This document shows, one piece after another, positions 6,068 to 8,721 of a stretch of DNA of 8,721 nt. The stretch's first letter is position 1. Each line of letters opens with the position of its first letter. The notes beneath the pieces were generated by a model that saw only the letters and a program-made list of their open reading frames with translations, was not told where the DNA came from and ran no database searches. Position numbers and translations under genes: made by a program. This DNA comes from Candidatus Auribacterota bacterium (GTDB lineage: Bacteria > Auribacterota > UBA6266), in NCBI GenBank assembly GCA_023136205.1, contig JAGLRQ010000046.1, forward strand, positions 1 to 8,721, given 5' to 3'.

Positions 6068-7393
6068 ATGAAAAAAGTTTTTTGGTTTTTGATAGCCGCG
6101 TTTTATGTTTTAACGCTGTGCTTCTCCGCGAGCGAAGGTGAAAAAGAAGCCTCTGTGACAGAAGAGGATATTTATAAATACATGGAGCAGGTTGCGACAA
6201 TTTTTACCATAGTTGAAAAGAATTATGTTGACCCTGTCGAGAAAAAGAAGCTTATTTACGGTGCAATGAAAGGTATTGTTGGTGAGCTTGATCCGCATAG
6301 CCAGTTTATGGACCCTGATATCCATAAAGAAATGAAAATTGAAACCGAAGGTGAATTCGGAGGGCTTGGAATAGAAATTACGGTAAGAGATGATCAGCTT
6401 ACCATTATTGCCCCCATAGAGGGGACCCCAGCGCATCGTGCGGGGCTTAAAACAGGAGACAAAATAATAAAAATAGAAGAAGAAAGAACTAAAGATCTTA
6501 CTCTTATGGAAGCGGTTAGCAAATTAAGAGGCAAGCCCGGGACAAAAGTTCATTTGACAGTTGTAAGGTCAAATCAAAAGATACTCGAATTTGATATAGT
6601 TAGGGACGTTATAAGAGTTGAGAGCATAAAAGATGAGGAAATAATAGAAGATGGAATTGGGTACATCAGGATTGTTCAATTCCAGGAGCAAACCGGAAGA
6701 GATTTTGAAAAAATCCTGTCTGACCTTGAAGCTCGGGGGATGAAAGCTCTTATTCTTGACCTTAGAAATAATCCCGGCGGTTTGCTTAAAACAGCTATCG
6801 ATGTTGCGGATAAATTTATTGAAGGGGGTCAGGTTATTGTTTCCATTCAGGGGAGGCTTCCATCTCAGAATGTAGTTTTCAAATCCAGGGAAAGGGCTAC
6901 GCACAAAAAATATCCCATGGTAATTCTGATAAATGGGGGGTCTGCGAGTGGTGCTGAAATTGTAGCCGGAGCTTTAAGGGATTATAAGAAGGCGATTTTA
7001 TTAGGTGAAAAAACGTTTGGTAAAGGGTCTGTGCAGAGTGTAATACCTATGGCAGACGGTTCAGCCTTAAGACTTACCACTGCGAAATATTTTATTCCCA
7101 GCGGCGTGACTATACATGGGCTTGGGATAGAACCTGATATTTTGGTTGATATTTCTGACGAAGATGAAGTTAAACTTGCCTTAAAGAAATACAGGAAACT
7201 TGAAAAGATGCTTAGTGAAGGCGAACAGGAAAATAAAGATAATAATCGAGGCCAGGAAGATGATGATGAGGTGGAAAAAGATGATGAAGGAGAAGAAGAT
7301 GTTCAGCTTCAGAGGGCGATAGACCTGTTAAAAGCTATGGAAGTCTTTGACAAATCACTTTCTGACGAACCTTCTTTTACTGGCGGGAAATAA
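6068..7393 (+). CDS. ctpA: Carboxy-terminal processing protease (S41 peptidase with PDZ domain), secreted
   Basis: N-terminal signal peptide MKKVFWFLIAAFYVLTLCFSA/SEG. PDZ block GLGIEI...IIAPIEGTPAHRAGLKTGDKIIKI. S41 core motifs are GYIRIVQF, LILDLRNNPGGLL, the Ser nucleophile in INGGSASGAEIVAGAL, and the Lys in KTFGKGSVQS, plus LTTAKYFIPSG...GIEPD. The Shine-Dalgarno AAGGAG (6052-6057) lies 10 nt upstream of ATG 6068. Confidence 0.9.
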   Translation: MKKVFWFLIAAFYVLTLCFSASEGEKEASVTEEDIYKYMEQVATIFTIVEKNYVDPVEKKKLIYGAMKGIVGELDPHSQFMDPDIHKEMKIETEGEFGGLGIEITVRDDQLTIIAPIEGTPAHRAGLKTGDKIIKIEEERTKDLTLMEAVSKLRGKPGTKVHLTVVRSNQKILEFDIVRDVIRVESIKDEEIIEDGIGYIRIVQFQEQTGRDFEKILSDLEARGMKALILDLRNNPGGLLKTAIDVADKFIEGGQVIVSIQGRLPSQNVVFKSRERATHKKYPMVILINGGSASGAEIVAGALRDYKKAILLGEKTFGKGSVQSVIPMADGSALRLTTAKYFIPSGVTIHGLGIEPDILVDISDEDEVKLALKKYRKLEKMLSEGEQENKDNNRGQEDDDEVEKDDEGEEDVQLQRAIDLLKAMEVFDKSLSDEPSFTGGK

Positions 7394-7395
7394 CA

Positions 7396-8487
7396 GTGAC
7401 GAAACCGTTAATTGCCATCCTTTGTTTGTGTGTTGTAGTCTTATTTACCTCGGAAGCTGTTTCTGCCGAAAAACGCAGAACCAGAGCCCGAAGTAAAGTA
7501 AATTTTAGAAAGGCGGTTGAAGCATGCAAACGGTATTTTGATACCGGCTGTTTAAAAAATAGTTATAAAATAGAAATTAACAAAACCGGAAGCGGTGCGG
7601 TTTCAGATTTTTCCGTAGGCCTTTATTTCTATCCATCCCAGGTGGAAAGTTCTGTAGTTGCCTGCGGTGGCTTGAAGAGAGTTTTAAAGAAGCATTGCCT
7701 TAATCTACGGCTTGTTCACCATAAAAAAAAATCCGAGAGTGATTGTTTCAGGTCTTTTGAAATTTTTTCAGGGCGTAAAAAACATGGTGAGGTTAAACTT
7801 ATTTTTAAGTACCGGGGATATGTAACTATTATCCTCGACGATTTTGGCCATAATTTTAAATACTTTAATTTACTTGAAAAAGTTAAAGAACCTGTCAATT
7901 GTGCGGTTTTGCCCGGTTTGGCTTACTCTGAAGAAAGTGCGATCCGCCTTGAAAAAATGGGGGTTGAAGTTATGCTGCACTGCCCGATGGAGCCCCTTTC
8001 GAAATCGGTTAATCCCGGCCCAGGCGCGATACTCAGCTCAATGGGCGATGATGAAATCAGAGATGTTTTTTTAAAGAATCTTCAAACAGTCCCCAATGCA
8101 GTTGGTGTTAATAATCATATGGGGTCGAAGGCTTGTATTGACAATAGGGTTATGGCAATTATTATTAAAGAGTCAAAAGACAGAGGGCTTTTTTTTGTTG
8201 ATAGTTTGACAAATGCAAAGTCCCAAGCTTCAAAAGAAGCAAAAAAACTTAAGTGCACTATTATTAAAAGAGATGTTTTTCTTGATAATGTGAGGGCGGA
8301 AGAACAGATAAAGAAATCTTTTGATGAACTTATAAGAATTGGGCGCAGATATGGAAGTTCCGTGGGTATAGGACATTATTGTGAAGAAACCCTGATGGCT
8401 TTGCCGGAATGTGTTAAAAAAATAAAAAATAATGATTTAAAGATAATTCCTGCCTCTGAGATGTTTGTTATCAGAGAAAAAATGTAA
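7396..8487 (+). CDS. yibQ: Divergent polysaccharide deacetylase family protein (YibQ-like, PF04748-type), secreted
   Basis: GTG start 2 nt after the ctpA stop. Signal peptide [26 protein letters not shown]. Family motifs as I remember them: [23 protein letters not shown] and [12 protein letters not shown] basic, Cys-containing region of about 118 aa precedes the catalytic domain. Confidence 0.82.
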   Translation: MTKPLIAILCLCVVVLFTSEAVSAEKRRTRARSKVNFRKAVEACKRYFDTGCLKNSYKIEINKTGSGAVSDFSVGLYFYPSQVESSVVACGGLKRVLKKHCLNLRLVHHKKKSESDCFRSFEIFSGRKKHGEVKLIFKYRGYVTIILDDFGHNFKYFNLLEKVKEPVNCAVLPGLAYSEESAIRLEKMGVEVMLHCPMEPLSKSVNPGPGAILSSMGDDEIRDVFLKNLQTVPNAVGVNNHMGSKACIDNRVMAIIIKESKDRGLFFVDSLTNAKSQASKEAKKLKCTIIKRDVFLDNVRAEEQIKKSFDELIRIGRRYGSSVGIGHYCEETLMALPECVKKIKNNDLKIIPASEMFVIREKM

Positions 8488-8516
8488 ACTTTAAATATGA
8501 AAAGACCGGTATAAAT

Positions 8517-8721
8517 ATGAATGTTTTGGGCATAGAAACTTCCTGTGATGAAACCTCCGCGGCTGTAGTTGAAAATGGCCGGAGGGTTTTTTCCAATGTT
8601 GTTTCTTCTCAGCTTGACTTACATAGAAGGTTTGGCGGAGTTGTACCGGAAATAGCGAGCAGGGCGCATCTTGAAAGCATTGATAATATTGTGAAAGCTG
8701 CCTTAGAGGACGCGGGAAAAA
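8517..8721 (+). CDS. tsaD: tRNA N6-adenosine threonylcarbamoyltransferase TsaD (Kae1/Gcp family), N-terminal 68 codons; continues past the window end
   Basis: Not in the supplied ORF track because no stop falls within the window. My translation from ATG 8517 is [68 protein letters not shown]. It contains the canonical GIETSCDET and GGVVPE.ASR.H signatures. Confidence 0.9.
   Translation, partial: MNVLGIETSCDETSAAVVENGRRVFSNVVSSQLDLHRRFGGVVPEIASRAHLESIDNIVKAALEDAGK

Noticed and set aside
6110-6121. VLTLC near the end of the CtpA signal peptide as a lipoprotein lipobox.
   Set aside because: Position -1 is Leu, where lipoboxes use Gly/Ala/Ser. The downstream FSA/SEG fits a signal peptidase I site better. 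It is therefore called a soluble secreted protein rather than a lipoprotein.

Overview
This is an AT-rich window (roughly 40% G+C by eye) with nine genes, all on the + strand and all recognisable as core or housekeeping functions. In order they are: the 3' part of topA; a XerC/XerD-type tyrosine recombinase; an HAD-superfamily phosphatase-like protein with an unusually large cap; UDP-glucuronate decarboxylase (UXS); a split transketolase (N- and C-terminal subunits); a secreted S41 C-terminal processing protease (CtpA); a YibQ-type divergent polysaccharide deacetylase starting 2 nt after CtpA; and the 5' end of tsaD. tsaD is missing from the supplied ORF track because it runs off the window. 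Gaps suggest four transcription units: topA | xerC-HAD | UXS-tktN-tktC | ctpA-yibQ(-tsaD). I found no CRISPR array, tRNA/rRNA, transposase, phage, toxin-antitoxin, restriction or other defence genes. The recombinase looks like the chromosomal Xer enzyme, not a mobile-element integrase. My honest reading is an ordinary chromosomal region, not an accessory island, and I cannot support a claim of a novel multi-gene system. The feature least explained by annotation is an 86-bp element in the tkt-ctpA spacer, built from nine phased 8-bp AGTTAYTR units (5 forward, 4 reverse, facing each other). Lesser points are the ctpA-yibQ coupling, the large-cap HAD protein of unknown substrate, the tight UXS-transketolase linkage, a perfect hairpin over the HAD stop codon followed by a near-consensus promoter, and two long poly-A tracts inside coding sequence. 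All assignments rest on motif recognition by eye; no database search was run.
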